A stretch of DNA of 64,000 nt from Pseudomonadota bacterium (GTDB lineage Bacteria; Desulfobacterota; Anaeroferrophillalia; Anaeroferrophillales; Tharpellaceae). A program made the translations under genes and the position numbers. The notes beneath the pieces are model-generated. The model was not told the origin of the DNA. It was given only the letters and a program-made list of their open reading frames with translations, and did no database searches. Location of the stretch: positions 8,010 to 72,009 of the forward strand of contig DSCM01000051.1 of assembly GCA_011049115.1 (NCBI GenBank), given 5' to 3'. Shown here piece after piece: positions 1 to 9,493 of this stretch (position 1 is its first letter; each line of letters starts with the position of its first letter).

Positions 1-1028
1 TTGTTTCCGGCCTCGACATCGCTGTTCGAAACCTCGGCAAAGGTAACCGCCCCGATTTCGACATCATTGATTTTCAGATCACCGGCCGCCAGCACCAGTG
101 AATCACCCATGGTAAAATTGGGCACCGCCGCGGCCGCCGTCACCTCGGCTCGCAGGTGAGCCGTCACCGACGTACCCGCATCATTGATATTCCAGGCATT
201 ATAAGAAGCGGCCTCGGCGCCAGCTGCGGCCCCGGTATGGGTGGCCGGAATGGCCGTGGCTGAGCCATCGGCCGCGACCACTTCAAGTTCTCCCGCCGCC
301 AGATTGCGCAGCGTTGTCAACGGATATTCACTGGCAGTCAAATAGCGCTCATTGCTGCCATCTTCCATGCCGGCAATCAGACGGGAAAAAAGCTCAAAAA
401 CATCACGGGCATCACTGTCCCGGGTTTTTTCCTGACTGAAAAAACCCTCTATCTGCCGACCATCCAGGGTATAGCCGCCGCCGACCACGTTCAACTGCAG
501 GGTCTGCTTAATACCGACCTCCATGGCAATCGTGCCGCCGTCACCGTTATAAACCGCGCCCAGATGAAAATCAGAGGTCGAAATCTTACTGTAGGTTTCT
601 TCCGCTCGCCGCTGATAACCGGCAAACAGTGAGCCTCCGTTGTTAATCGTATTGGCCAGACCGTAAAGCTGGTCCTCAAACTGGCGCAGCTGCTGAATGA
701 TGGTCTGCTGCTGACCCTCGTCCTGAGTACTCGACCAGGCGGTCGTCGCGCTTTTGGCATTGTAAAGCATGCCATGCACCTCGTCGGCCACCGTGCCGGC
801 CGCCATCAGCTGAATATCCCCCTGCACCAGATTACGTCCCAATTGACTGATTTTGACCTCTTCCGCCTTATAGGTCAACACCGCCGTGGCACTGACCGGA
901 GTCTCGGAAACCTTGCTGAAATTTTTACCCGTTGAAATCTGCTGCAGATAGCGATCGCGTTCCTCCATAATCCGAGAAAGATTGCTGTCGACACTCATGA
1001 AAAAATGGTTTTGCGTCGTCCGAATCAT
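1..1028 (-). CDS. flgL: flagellar hook-filament junction protein FlgL (HAP3), partial; the C-terminus lies beyond the window edge
   Basis: My own translation from the ATG at 1028 (GAGG upstream) gives MIRTTQNHFFMSVDSNLSRIMEERDRYLQQISTGKNFSKVSETPVSATAVL..., a flagellin-N-type helix typical of FlgL. The frame stays open to position 1, which is why it is missing from the complete-ORF track. It lies directly downstream of flgK. Confidence 0.75.
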   Translation of the reverse strand, partial: MIRTTQNHFFMSVDSNLSRIMEERDRYLQQISTGKNFSKVSETPVSATAVLTYKAEEVKISQLGRNLVQGDIQLMAAGTVADEVHGMLYNAKSATTAWSSTQDEGQQQTIIQQLRQFEDQLYGLANTINNGGSLFAGYQRRAEETYSKISTSDFHLGAVYNGDGGTIAMEVGIKQTLQLNVVGGGYTLDGRQIEGFFSQEKTRDSDARDVFELFSRLIAGMEDGSNERYLTASEYPLTTLRNLAAGELEVVAADGSATAIPATHTGAAAGAEAASYNAWNINDAGTSVTAHLRAEVTAAAAVPNFTMGDSLVLAAGDLKINDVEIGAVTFAEVSNSDVEAGN

Positions 1029-1060
1029 AATTCATACCTCATCGCCCAGGCTCCCCTGAA

Positions 1061-2830
1061 TCAGAGCATATCATTAAGAACCTGCATCAATTCATCGATC
1101 ACGGTCACCATCCGCGCCGTGGCCTTATAACCCTGCTGGAATTTGATCAGGTTGACCATCTCCTCGTCAATCGAAACCCCGGAAACGGCTTCCTCCCGAA
1201 TTTTAAGCTGCTGCAGAACCATTTCCGACTGGCTCTGCCGCGACTGGGCCGTATAGGAGGCCGAGCCCACCCGACTGACCAGACCGGTATAATATTCGCT
1301 GAAAGTATAACTGCCCTCAATAATTCGTTGATGCTGTAATTGGGCGATTTCCAGGGCGACCTTGTTATTGCCCGGCACCTCAAAATAATTATCGGAAATG
1401 GCGATTTTGTCGGGATTTTTCAGATCCTGATTGAATTCGATCGTGCAGGCCGCGTTACCGGAAAAGGAAAGGGAGAAGGTATCACCGGCCCGAGGCGCGG
1501 TATCAGAACCAAAATCAAGTTCCAGATGATAACCTTTATCCGGAGCAAGCGCCGTATCGGTACTGTCGTTAAAGCTGATGACCAGACGGCCGCTTGCGGC
1601 ATTGCTCTCATCAATCGAGTACGAGGCGGCATCCAGCTCCACTCCGGTCGTCGTATTAACGACAACGAACTCATCGGCACCGCCGCCACTGACGTAATCG
1701 GCCGTGAAACGAATTTCGAAATCATCGTAATTGGCCAAGCTCGCCCAGGCGATACCCTCCGGCGCCGTGGCGCTGGTTGCATCGACGAAGAAAGAAATAC
1801 GGGCGGCACCCACATTGTCATTGCCGGCATTCAATTCGATCGCGTGCTCAAAAAAGGTCAGACCCTTTTCACCATCCAGATTATAAGCTTGAAAATGCGC
1901 CTGATTAACTGAGAAAATCAGGGCCCCGGCCATTTGATCAAGCCCGTCCTGAGCTGCGGCCAACTCGCTTCTTCCATCCATCCAGCCTTTTAACTTTCCA
2001 CTGCCGATCAGATCATCAATCGGAACCCCTTCGTTTCCGAAATAGGCATGAACATCACCCTCGTCATCGAGTCGACTCTGCAGATGAAAAACCTCGCTAC
2101 CCAACACCAACGGTTTTCCCCCGGCCAGCATGATGTTCATCTGCCCGCTGTTATCCTCGTTATAATCAATGTCGACCAGCTCCGAAAGATCGGAAAGCAG
2201 AGCCAGACGTTTATCCCGCAGGTCATTGGCCTGACCGCCGTTGATTTCGGTGTTGAGAATGGCCCGATTCAGATCCTTAAGACCGTCGGCAAGACCATTG
2301 ATGTCACTGATGCCGGTCTCTATGTAGCGGTTCACAACCTGCCGCTGAAAAGCCAAATCCTCACCCATGGAGTTCATAGTCGCGGCCACAACCTGACTTT
2401 TACCAGCCAGCGTGGCGCGTTCGATGCTGCCTTCCGGCTGATTGGCGAGATCTTCCCAGGCTCCCCAGAATTCGGCCATCTGGGCCGCCAGACCATTATC
2501 ATCCAGATCGGTGAACACCCGTTCGACACTGTCGAGACTGCCGGCCAGGGCTTCCCAGCGTCCCTGATTCGCGGTTTCATAACTGATCTGGCGAAAAAGA
2601 AAACGATCATAGAGGGATTCAATCCGACTGACTTGCACCCCGGTACCCCGAGGTCCCTCGGCGCTGGGTATCGGATTGGTGGTTTCAAGCGTGGCCACCT
2701 GACGGCGATAGTCAGGGTTATTGACATTGGCGATATTATGCCCGACGATATCAATCGAGGTCATATTCGCCATCAAACCGACCTTGGCCGTATTCAAAGC
2801 ATTGGAAAGACCGACTACCATCTCAGGCAA
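1061..2830 (-). CDS. flgK: flagellar hook-associated protein 1 FlgK
   Basis: 589-aa ORF. It has the N-terminal rod/hook-family motif LSNALNTAKVGLMANMTSIDIVGHNIANVNNPDYRRQ and the C-terminal SIDEEMVNLIKFQQGYKATARMVTVIDELM. It is followed by flgL. Confidence 0.9.
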   Translation of the reverse strand: MPEMVVGLSNALNTAKVGLMANMTSIDIVGHNIANVNNPDYRRQVATLETTNPIPSAEGPRGTGVQVSRIESLYDRFLFRQISYETANQGRWEALAGSLDSVERVFTDLDDNGLAAQMAEFWGAWEDLANQPEGSIERATLAGKSQVVAATMNSMGEDLAFQRQVVNRYIETGISDINGLADGLKDLNRAILNTEINGGQANDLRDKRLALLSDLSELVDIDYNEDNSGQMNIMLAGGKPLVLGSEVFHLQSRLDDEGDVHAYFGNEGVPIDDLIGSGKLKGWMDGRSELAAAQDGLDQMAGALIFSVNQAHFQAYNLDGEKGLTFFEHAIELNAGNDNVGAARISFFVDATSATAPEGIAWASLANYDDFEIRFTADYVSGGGADEFVVVNTTTGVELDAASYSIDESNAASGRLVISFNDSTDTALAPDKGYHLELDFGSDTAPRAGDTFSLSFSGNAACTIEFNQDLKNPDKIAISDNYFEVPGNNKVALEIAQLQHQRIIEGSYTFSEYYTGLVSRVGSASYTAQSRQSQSEMVLQQLKIREEAVSGVSIDEEMVNLIKFQQGYKATARMVTVIDELMQVLNDML

Positions 2831-2864
2831 AGCCTCCGAAAATCAATAAAATAGCCGCTAACAG

Positions 2865-3350
2865 TCAGATCATGCCACAATAGTTTAAACCGCTACAGGG
2901 AATCGTCTTGCCGGACACCTGGCCACGCCCCTGATAGCCGATCGCCGCCGGGCATAGCTGCTGAAAAAAATCAAGCCGCCGCCGGTTAATCATTTGCAAG
3001 GCATCCAGCGAACCGCGAATCTTTCGGCTGCTTTCTTCGATCCTGCGCCGTAAACGAACCAGTTCAGACCCCAGGTTACCGATTAGTTGGCGGATCTTAA
3101 ACGGAGTCTCCACAATCAACAAATCCCTCAGCGCGCCAACTTGGGAAGCCTCCAGAAAAAGGCGTTTTTCTTCTTTTATCCGAGCCAGGCTATCAATTGA
3201 AGCAGCCCCACCGGCAAGCAACTCGGACACCTCCGGTAAGGCACCCTCAGCCAGACCGGCAGCCAGAGTTTCATAAAACACCGCCACCCGACTGAAAGCT
3301 TCCAGTTCTTTTTCCAACAGTCGCACCAGGCTCTGATAGTGAATTTGCAT
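2865..3350 (-). CDS. flgN: FlgN-like flagellar export chaperone (ORF open to 3371; the ATG at 3350 has a GGAGGGGG Shine-Dalgarno)
   Basis: Small helical protein (MQIHYQSLVRLLEKELEAFSRV...) in the canonical slot between flgM and flgK. The assignment rests mainly on position and composition. Confidence 0.5.
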   Translation of the reverse strand: MQIHYQSLVRLLEKELEAFSRVAVFYETLAAGLAEGALPEVSELLAGGAASIDSLARIKEEKRLFLEASQVGALRDLLIVETPFKIRQLIGNLGSELVRLRRRIEESSRKIRGSLDALQMINRRRLDFFQQLCPAAIGYQGRGQVSGKTIPCSGLNYCGMI

Positions 3351-3426
3351 TTCCCCCTCCGGAAAGATCATAAAATAAACTTAATCCACAGATTAACGGG
3401 AGTGTGCGGACAAACAGTCAGCCAAC

Positions 3427-3453
3427 AAAAAACCCGAGCAGAAACCGCTCGGG
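3427..3453 (-). terminator. rho-independent terminator after flgM
   Basis: The minus strand reads CCCGAGC-GGTTTCT-GCTCGGG followed by TTTTTTGTT. This is a 7-bp GC-rich stem, about 50 nt past the flgM stop. Confidence 0.7.
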
Positions 3454-3503
3454 CCGACAGAAAGAACTTGCTAACAAACGAGTAAAATTTACCCAGGTAC
3501 CAT

Positions 3504-3821
3504 TCAGAACAGAGACTCGAGACTCATTTCCTGAAACATCTTAGCCGCCAGTTCACGGCTGTCAACCCTGAGCGACCCATTTTCAAGAGAACTCTTCAAT
3601 GCGGCGACCCGGGCACCATCTACTTCGGGAGCGGCCTTGCTTAACTCCACCAAGCGTCCGAGATCGCTGCCTCGGGATGAGATGGTAACCTTGTCACCCT
3701 CATCCGGAGAACCGGCGCTGATTGCCGCCTCGGTCTTCTTTGCCTCAGCGCCTTTGCGGGCAGCCTCAAGCGCCCGCGCCGCATTCGCATAGAGAGCCGA
3801 ACCTACATTGGTAATACTCAT
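3504..3821 (-). CDS. flgM: anti-sigma-28 factor FlgM
   Basis: 105 aa. The C-terminal ...VDGARVAALKSSLENGSLRVDSRELAAKMFQEM matches the FlgM sigma-28-binding region. It has its own sigma-28 promoter upstream. Confidence 0.85.
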   Translation of the reverse strand: MSITNVGSALYANAARALEAARKGAEAKKTEAAISAGSPDEGDKVTISSRGSDLGRLVELSKAAPEVDGARVAALKSSLENGSLRVDSRELAAKMFQEMSLESLF

Positions 3822-3866
3822 TTTTACACCTCGCTGAAATCGACGGGAAAAACCATTCGCCTTCTT

Positions 3867-3894
3867 TTATCGACTCCGCGAGAAAAAACTTTAG
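3867..3894 (-). promoter_or_regulatory. sigma-28 (FliA) promoter for flgM
   Basis: The minus strand reads TAAAGTTT-TTTCTCGCGGA-GTCGATAA. The consensus is TAAAGTTT-N11-GCCGATAA, so there is one mismatch. The -10 element ends about 45 nt before the flgM ATG. Confidence 0.75.
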
Positions 3895-3905
3895 TTTTTT
3901 TTGCC

Positions 3906-4253
3906 TTATCTAAAGTTTTTATCGCCCTCCATCTCTCGAAGCTGCTGATAAAGCATTTTCGCCACCCCCATCTCCTGTCGAGAAGCCAGGGACTCAGCTA
4001 ACTGATTGTCAAAGAGCTGCCGCCAGGTTCGCATCGCGCTGCTGGTCGGCAGAATCCCGTCATCGGTAAGGCTTTTTCGCATCTCCTGCAGAATCGTATT
4101 CAAAAAGATAGCCTCAAAACCCTGACAGGCATTCTTCAGCTTGGCCTGCCGCTCGACTCCTCGCTTCACGGTCGCAGCGCTTTCCAGTCGATTCACGATA
4201 TTTTCTGATTCCGCATTACTCGGCGAAAACGCCGGGAGCAGCCTGGTAGGCAT
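3906..4253 (-). CDS. flagellar rod-binding protein (FlgJ N-terminal-domain-like, no muramidase domain)
   Basis: 115 aa. It carries ...LKNACQGFEAIFLNTILQEMRKS...FDNQLAESLASRQEMGVAKMLYQQL, typical of the rod-binding domain. It lies downstream of flgI. Confidence 0.75.
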   Translation of the reverse strand: MPTRLLPAFSPSNAESENIVNRLESAATVKRGVERQAKLKNACQGFEAIFLNTILQEMRKSLTDDGILPTSSAMRTWRQLFDNQLAESLASRQEMGVAKMLYQQLREMEGDKNFR

Positions 4254-4288
4254 TTTTTTCCTCCTTCAGGAACTCCTGAATTGTATTT

Positions 4289-4304
4289 TGCAACCCTTAT
4301 GCCA
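4289..4304 (-). promoter_or_regulatory. sigma-54 promoter upstream of the rod-binding protein gene
   Basis: The minus strand reads TGGCAT-AAGGG-TTGCA with exact GG-N10-GC spacing, about 36 nt before the ATG at 4253. Confidence 0.65.
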
Positions 4305-4353
4305 ACAACAAACCGGGGTCCGAAATAGTCTTTGCCTCGAAACCAACCCCGAC

Positions 4354-5460
4354 CTAAATAACTTCAAGCTCGGCATGCAGCGATCCGGAAGCCTTGATGG
4401 CCTGAAAGATGGCAATCAAATCACGCGGCGACACGCCAAGAGCGTTCAGGGCCTTGACCAGATCATCAATATTGACCCCACGAGAGACGGTTATCAGCTT
4501 GCCGGTTTTTTCTTCAACCTTTGTGTCCTTCTCCAGCGCGACCACGGTTTTCCCTTCGGAAAGCATCGACGGCTGAGAAACCACCGGCATCGAGGTAATC
4601 TGAATACTTAAATCACCGTGGGCCACCGCGACCGCATCCAGCATCACATTGCGTCCAACCACCACGGTCCCGGTCCGCTCATCAATCACCACCCGGGCAC
4701 GACTGTCGGGAGCTACCTGAAGATTTTCGACAAAGGCAAGAAATGGAATCAGGATCTGACTCTCGCGGCTCGGAGGAACTATTTCTATGGTTCCGGCATC
4801 AACCGGAACGGCGATATCCTTCTCAAAGGTTTCATTCACGGTTTTCGCAACCCGGGCAACCGTCATAAAATCGGGCTGGTTCAGGGTCAGGACAATTTTA
4901 CCATCGATGAACATAGTCGAAGGTGGTTCGCGCTCAACTATGGCACCATTAGCGATGCGACCAACCGTCGGATGATTTTTCGCCTGTCGTCCACCGCCGC
5001 CCCCCAAGCTGAAGCCTCCCACTGAAATCGGCCCTTGAGCCATGGCATAGACCTGGCCGTCAGGACCGCGCAGCGGGGTCAACATCAGAGTCCCCCCCTG
5101 AAGGCTCTCGGCATCGCCGATTGATGAAATCAAAACATCAAGCCGAGAACCATTACGGGCAAAGGGCGGCAGTTCCGCGGTTAACATCACGGCCGCCGCA
5201 TTGTCCAGGTCGATAGTCGCAGCATCCACGGAAATTCCAAATTTATCCAGCATATTAGCCATCGCTTCACTGGCAAACTTCCCCTTTTTGGTATCATCAC
5301 CGGTGCCACCGAGCCCTACTACCAGACCGTAACCGACTAACTGGTTACTGCGCACTCCCTTGATATGAGAAATATCCTTCAGTCGAGCAGACCAGCCATT
5401 CGCCCAGAAAAGAAGAACCAGCAAAAAACCAATCAGCAACCGCCCGGTAAAATTTCGCAT
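4354..5460 (-). CDS. flgI: flagellar P-ring protein FlgI
   Basis: 368 aa. A signal peptide is followed by RLKDISHIKGVRSNQLVGYGLVVGLGGTGD, the hallmark FlgI N-terminus. Confidence 0.95.
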   Translation of the reverse strand: MRNFTGRLLIGFLLVLLFWANGWSARLKDISHIKGVRSNQLVGYGLVVGLGGTGDDTKKGKFASEAMANMLDKFGISVDAATIDLDNAAAVMLTAELPPFARNGSRLDVLISSIGDAESLQGGTLMLTPLRGPDGQVYAMAQGPISVGGFSLGGGGGRQAKNHPTVGRIANGAIVEREPPSTMFIDGKIVLTLNQPDFMTVARVAKTVNETFEKDIAVPVDAGTIEIVPPSRESQILIPFLAFVENLQVAPDSRARVVIDERTGTVVVGRNVMLDAVAVAHGDLSIQITSMPVVSQPSMLSEGKTVVALEKDTKVEEKTGKLITVSRGVNIDDLVKALNALGVSPRDLIAIFQAIKASGSLHAELEVI

Positions 5461-5490
5461 TCCGGCAAAACTCCTTGTTGTTTTCAGCCG

Positions 5491-6228
5491 TTAAAAAGGC
5501 CAGACCACATCCATGATTCTAGTGCCCCAGCCGACGCCCTGCTTGGTGCCGATGGTGCCGTTGCCGCTGTACTCAATCCGCGCCTCGGCAATCGCGGAAG
5601 AAAGAATATAGTTGTCCGCCGAAATATCCGTAGGCCTGATAATGCCGCTTACCGTGACAAAATGATCTTCATGGTTAACCTGAGTAAAATGAGTCCCCAT
5701 GATACGAAAATCACCATTTGGCAGAACCTCGGTCACCCGGGCCGCAATCCTCGCGGTCAGCTTATTACTGCGACTGGTGGCCCCGGCACCCGAAGTTTGA
5801 TTACTGCGTTCGGTTTCCAGCCAATCATCCGTCTGGCCCAGATCTCCGAGGTATTTTTTTAACGCGAAAAGTCCGGGAACCGAATACTTCGTGCTGTTTT
5901 TTCCGTCACTGGAAGTTGTGGCCGTTCCGCTTCCTTTGAACTCCTCGTTAACCAGAACATAAACAATATCATCGACGCAGCGCGCTCGACGGGAACTAAA
6001 AATATGCACGAATTCATCCCGGCCACCGGCATTCAGGTTAACCAGGGATCCGTTCTGATAGGAGGATTCCGTCGCCCCACGGGAATGCGAACTCGGCAAA
6101 GGCTCCTGAGGGCGGACCACCGGCACCACGCCTGGCCGCAGACCCTGATCATGACCGCAGGCCCCCAGCAGCAAGCCGAAAATCAACCCCAAGCCCCCCA
6201 GCACCAGACTCAATTTTATCCTCGCCAT
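5491..6228 (-). CDS. flgH: flagellar L-ring lipoprotein FlgH
   Basis: 245 aa. It has a lipobox (LLLGAC) and a C-terminal ...EYSGNGTIGTKQGVGWGTRIMDVVWPF typical of FlgH. Confidence 0.9.
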   Translation of the reverse strand: MARIKLSLVLGGLGLIFGLLLGACGHDQGLRPGVVPVVRPQEPLPSSHSRGATESSYQNGSLVNLNAGGRDEFVHIFSSRRARCVDDIVYVLVNEEFKGSGTATTSSDGKNSTKYSVPGLFALKKYLGDLGQTDDWLETERSNQTSGAGATSRSNKLTARIAARVTEVLPNGDFRIMGTHFTQVNHEDHFVTVSGIIRPTDISADNYILSSAIAEARIEYSGNGTIGTKQGVGWGTRIMDVVWPF

Positions 6229-6380
6229 AACTTTACACCTATCTGAAACGGTTTCTGAGCCATCCTGTTTTTTTTTGCGATTATCAAGCCTTCTTGCAAG
6301 TTCATTTTATTTCAGCCAGAATAAAGGCTGTCATTAAAACCTGAAAACGAACTGTAAGAGAGCGATAAAACCACCAGGCC

Positions 6381-7124
6381 CTAATAAACTACCGTGACCT
6401 CACCCGAGCCCACAACCCGAGCCTGATAGAGCTTCAGCGATGCGGGATTTTTAACCGGAATAACCTCCTGCAGGGTGCCGTTTTTCATGGCGACGCCCTT
6501 GGTTCTGATTCTAACTCCGCCATCTTCCAGAACAACCTGAACCAGCTCGCCCCGCTTGATCAAGATAAACGGCCTCAGTTGCCGGGCCAGCAGAGGCTCT
6601 CCGGTCCGCAAACCCACGGCCAGCTGATAAAACATTCCTCCCGGCAGATTATTAACCGCTTCCATCTTGATATCTTGGCAATCAATCAACCGGGATTCAA
6701 AATCAGAACTTTGCACCGGCTCACCGCGCACCAGATTGCGCCCAGCCAGCAAGACCGGCTCTTTTCCTTTAATGCCTATTTTCAGCCAACGACGCCTGGA
6801 ACCATTCTTCGCTCCAGCTTCCAGCTGTACCGGAAGCAGACCGTTTCTCCGATTCCAGCAACCGACCTGACTGAGGGTAAAAAATTCAACATCCTGATTT
6901 TCAGTCAACCAGGCCGCGAGTTCGTCTGCCTCAGCGACCTGAAGCTGCTCTATCCCGGGATTAACCTTTGCCACCTCAGCCAAAATCTCACTTTCCAGGC
7001 GCGACCTGATTTCCGCGGAAATTCCCTCCCCGGCCTCCGCCCAGGACGCAAAGACCAACAGCAGACTGAAACACAACCACCCCAGACGCCGCGAAAGGCC
7101 GACGAAAAAATCAATCCCATCCAT
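6381..7124 (-). CDS. flgA: flagellar P-ring assembly chaperone FlgA
   Basis: 247 aa. It has a signal peptide and a C-terminal SAF/FlgA-like segment ...IKRGELVQVVLEDGGVRIRTKGVAMKNGTLQEVIPVKNPASLKLYQARVVGSGEV. It lies between flgG and flgH. Confidence 0.8.
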   Translation of the reverse strand: MDGIDFFVGLSRRLGWLCFSLLLVFASWAEAGEGISAEIRSRLESEILAEVAKVNPGIEQLQVAEADELAAWLTENQDVEFFTLSQVGCWNRRNGLLPVQLEAGAKNGSRRRWLKIGIKGKEPVLLAGRNLVRGEPVQSSDFESRLIDCQDIKMEAVNNLPGGMFYQLAVGLRTGEPLLARQLRPFILIKRGELVQVVLEDGGVRIRTKGVAMKNGTLQEVIPVKNPASLKLYQARVVGSGEVTVVY

Positions 7125-7148
7125 AACACACCCCTCGTTAAAAATACC

Positions 7149-7937
7149 TTAGCGCTTCAGCGTCCCTGCGGTTTTGAGCATTTCATCACAGGTCTGAATC
7201 GATTTGGAGTTGGCCTCATAAGCGCGCTGACCAACAATCATATTGACCATTTCTTCAACTACTGACACATTTGACATCTCCAGAAAGCCTTGACTGATAG
7301 TGCCCAGGCCATCGGCTCCCGGAGTTCCGGTTGTCGAAACTCCGGAAGCATCGGTTTCGCGAAATAGATTGCGACCGATGGCATCAAGCCCGGAAGGGTT
7401 GGGAAAACTGGCGAGTTCAACATTACCGACCTGGCTCGAAGTCTCCTGACCGGCCTGAATCACGGATACCGTACCGTCGGCGGTAATCGTGATTTGGGTC
7501 GTATCACTGGGAATATTGATCGCCGGTTGCATGGGGTAGCCATCTGAAGTCACCAGATTGCCGGTGCTGTCCAGTTTAAACGCCCCGGCTCGGGTATAGC
7601 CGGTTGTTCCATCGGAAAGCAACACCTGGAAGAAACCATCACCTTCAATCGCCATATCCAGTTCGTTACCGGACTCCTGATAATTGCCTTGGGTAAAAAT
7701 TTTGTACACTGCCGCCGGTTTGGTCCCCAAACCGACCTGGACCCCGGTCGGAATTTCCTCTCCGGTAGCAGAGGTCGTTCCGGCCCGCACCATGGTCTGG
7801 TACATCAAATCCTGAAAATCAGCCCGGCTTTTCTTAAATCCGGCGGTGTTGACGTTGGCCAGATTATTAGCGATCACATCAATATTGAGCTGCTGAGCCG
7901 TCATCCCGGTAGACGATGTAAATAACCCTCTAATCAT
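7149..7937 (-). CDS. flgG: flagellar distal rod protein FlgG
   Basis: 262 aa. [44 protein letters not shown]... and ...[31 protein letters not shown] are classic FlgG termini. Confidence 0.95.
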   Translation of the reverse strand: MIRGLFTSSTGMTAQQLNIDVIANNLANVNTAGFKKSRADFQDLMYQTMVRAGTTSATGEEIPTGVQVGLGTKPAAVYKIFTQGNYQESGNELDMAIEGDGFFQVLLSDGTTGYTRAGAFKLDSTGNLVTSDGYPMQPAINIPSDTTQITITADGTVSVIQAGQETSSQVGNVELASFPNPSGLDAIGRNLFRETDASGVSTTGTPGADGLGTISQGFLEMSNVSVVEEMVNMIVGQRAYEANSKSIQTCDEMLKTAGTLKR

Positions 7938-7997
7938 ATCTCCCCCAATTCGGTATAACCAATTTTTATTTTACCAAGCTTTGCCAGGTGACCCGGA

Positions 7998-8795
7998 TCA
8001 GGCCGCGACAATCCCCTTGGCCGCCAGCTTGTTGATTTCGTCCAGACTGATAATTATTTTTTGCTGATTTTCATACTGCCGGGCAACTTCGATCATACTG
8101 ACCATTTCTTCGATCAGATTGACATTGGACAGTTCACGTACCCCCTGCCTGACCACCAGCTTATCGGCCGGTAGCGGCTCTCCTGAAAACGATGTTTCGA
8201 GAAAACCGCAATCCCCCAGCTTTTCCAGACACTGCAGATTAGCAAAGGTAACCAGACGCAAGGCACCAATCGGCTCCCCGGCCAACACCAGGTCACCCAA
8301 CTTGCCGAACTTCAGATCCCCCGGTTGAAAATTTTCTTTGGCCACAACCAACGGTTCATCCCCTTCCCCGGCCGCCAGAACCTGATCGCCATTCATGGCA
8401 ACCAGTTCCTGCTTCTCATTAAGACGAAAGTGACCATCCCGACCATAATAAATTTTGCCATCGGAAGCTCGCTTGAACGCAAAAAAACCCTCTCCATCCA
8501 GGGCCACATCCAGAGAACTGCCGGTTTCCAGCATGTTTCCGGTCTGAAAATCAATCCAGCTGCCGTCATATACGGCAAAACTGTTATATTCGAGCGTTTC
8601 CCGCCCGCTCGGCAGGACGGCCGGGCCGCTGATCCGATCGTAGACCGTGGCAAACAAAGGCACATCACGTCGAAAACCACCGCTGCTGACGTTAGCCAGA
8701 TTATTCGCTATGATCTCCTGACGCCTCTCGTTGCTTAATGCCCCGCTCAAAGCCGAATACATCTCATGGTTCATCGGGTTCTCCAAGGACGGCAC
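7998..8795 (-). CDS. flgF: flagellar proximal rod protein FlgF (the start may be an internal Met a few codons in)
   Basis: 265 aa. It has ...[17 protein letters not shown]... and ...RELSNVNLIEEMVSMIEVARQYENQQKII rod-family termini. It lies immediately upstream of flgG. Confidence 0.8.
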   Translation of the reverse strand: MPSLENPMNHEMYSALSGALSNERRQEIIANNLANVSSGGFRRDVPLFATVYDRISGPAVLPSGRETLEYNSFAVYDGSWIDFQTGNMLETGSSLDVALDGEGFFAFKRASDGKIYYGRDGHFRLNEKQELVAMNGDQVLAAGEGDEPLVVAKENFQPGDLKFGKLGDLVLAGEPIGALRLVTFANLQCLEKLGDCGFLETSFSGEPLPADKLVVRQGVRELSNVNLIEEMVSMIEVARQYENQQKIIISLDEINKLAAKGIVAA

Positions 8796-8916
8796 ATGAT
8801 GAGGTTAAAAGATTACCTGAACAGAGTTTTGCAGTTATTCCCCTTCGGTAAAACATTAAAAAAACTCTACGCCCAAAGGCAGAAAATACCGACTTCAAGC
8901 CGCCATCTCAATACAC

Positions 8917-8932
8917 AGCAATTACCATACCA
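8917..8932 (-). promoter_or_regulatory. candidate sigma-54 promoter for flgF-flgG...
   Basis: The minus strand reads TGGTAT-GGTAA-TTGCT with correct GG-N10-GC spacing, about 120 nt upstream of the flgF start. Confidence 0.45.
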
Positions 8933-8972
8933 TGACCAGAGAGGATATAAAGCGTAAATCCGCAGCAATAAT

Positions 8973-9001
8973 TTGACAAATTCGACCCGGGAAACTATAC
9001 G
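8973..9001 (+). promoter_or_regulatory. sigma-70-type promoter for the DtxR-family gene
   Basis: TTGACA (8973-8978), a 17-nt spacer, then TATACG (8996-9001). This lies about 60 nt before the ATG at 9060. Confidence 0.5.
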
Positions 9002-9059
9002 ACTTATGTAAGACTAAGAAACTTAAGCGAGGCCCTGACAAGCAGAAAGGAGCACGGCC

Positions 9060-9479
9060 ATGAGCAACCAGGAAGAGCAGGAAGGGTTGACGTCAAACAT
9101 GGAGGATTACCTTGAAACCATCTTGAACATCCAAAAAGAACAACGAGTTGCGCGGGTCAAGGATGTCGCCAGGCAGCTTCGCGTAAAGATGCCGAGCGTC
9201 ACCGGGGCAATGAAAGGGCTGGCCGAAAAAGGCTTGGTCAATTACGAACGCTACAGCTTTCTGACCCTGACGGAGGCCGGAGAAAAGATCGCCCGGGAGA
9301 TTGGCGAACGTCATAAAACTTTCTATAATTTCCTGACACGAGTTCTCGATCTGGATCACGAAACCGCTGAACTTGATGCCTGCCGCCTCGAACATGCCAC
9401 CAGCCGCAAAACCTTTATCCGCATCAAGGATTTTACCGACCACTACCAACCACCGGGAAATAAAACTAAACCCAGCTGA
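9060..9479 (+). CDS. DtxR/MntR-family metal-dependent transcriptional regulator (HTH plus dimerisation domain only)
   Basis: 139 aa. It carries MEDYLETILNI...ARVKDVARQLRVKMPSVTGAMKGLAEKGLVNYERY..LTEAGEKIAREIGERHKTFYNFL...EACRLEHA-type motifs of the iron/manganese-dependent repressor family. Confidence 0.8.
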   Translation: MSNQEEQEGLTSNMEDYLETILNIQKEQRVARVKDVARQLRVKMPSVTGAMKGLAEKGLVNYERYSFLTLTEAGEKIAREIGERHKTFYNFLTRVLDLDHETAELDACRLEHATSRKTFIRIKDFTDHYQPPGNKTKPS

Positions 9480-9493
9480 CTGTTCCGATCGAA

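Noticed and set aside
2048-2854. Long antisense ORFs opposite well-identified genes, for example 2048-2854 (+), 13830-14681 (+), 34826-35623 (+), 44935-45849 (+), 46345-47205 (+), 47099-48220 (+) and 51928-52701 (-).
   Set aside because: Each lies entirely within, and opposite to, a gene with unmistakable family signatures (flgK, flhG, the porin, the cytochrome, the ACAD). Their translations are low-complexity, rich in Arg/Gly/Pro or Ile/Asn, with no recognisable motifs. This is typical of shadow ORFs.
6276-6291. A sigma-54-like site AGGCTT-GATAA-TCGCA (minus strand) upstream of flgH.
   Set aside because: The spacing is correct, but both halves deviate (no T before GG, and TCGC instead of TTGC). 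It is too weak to call.
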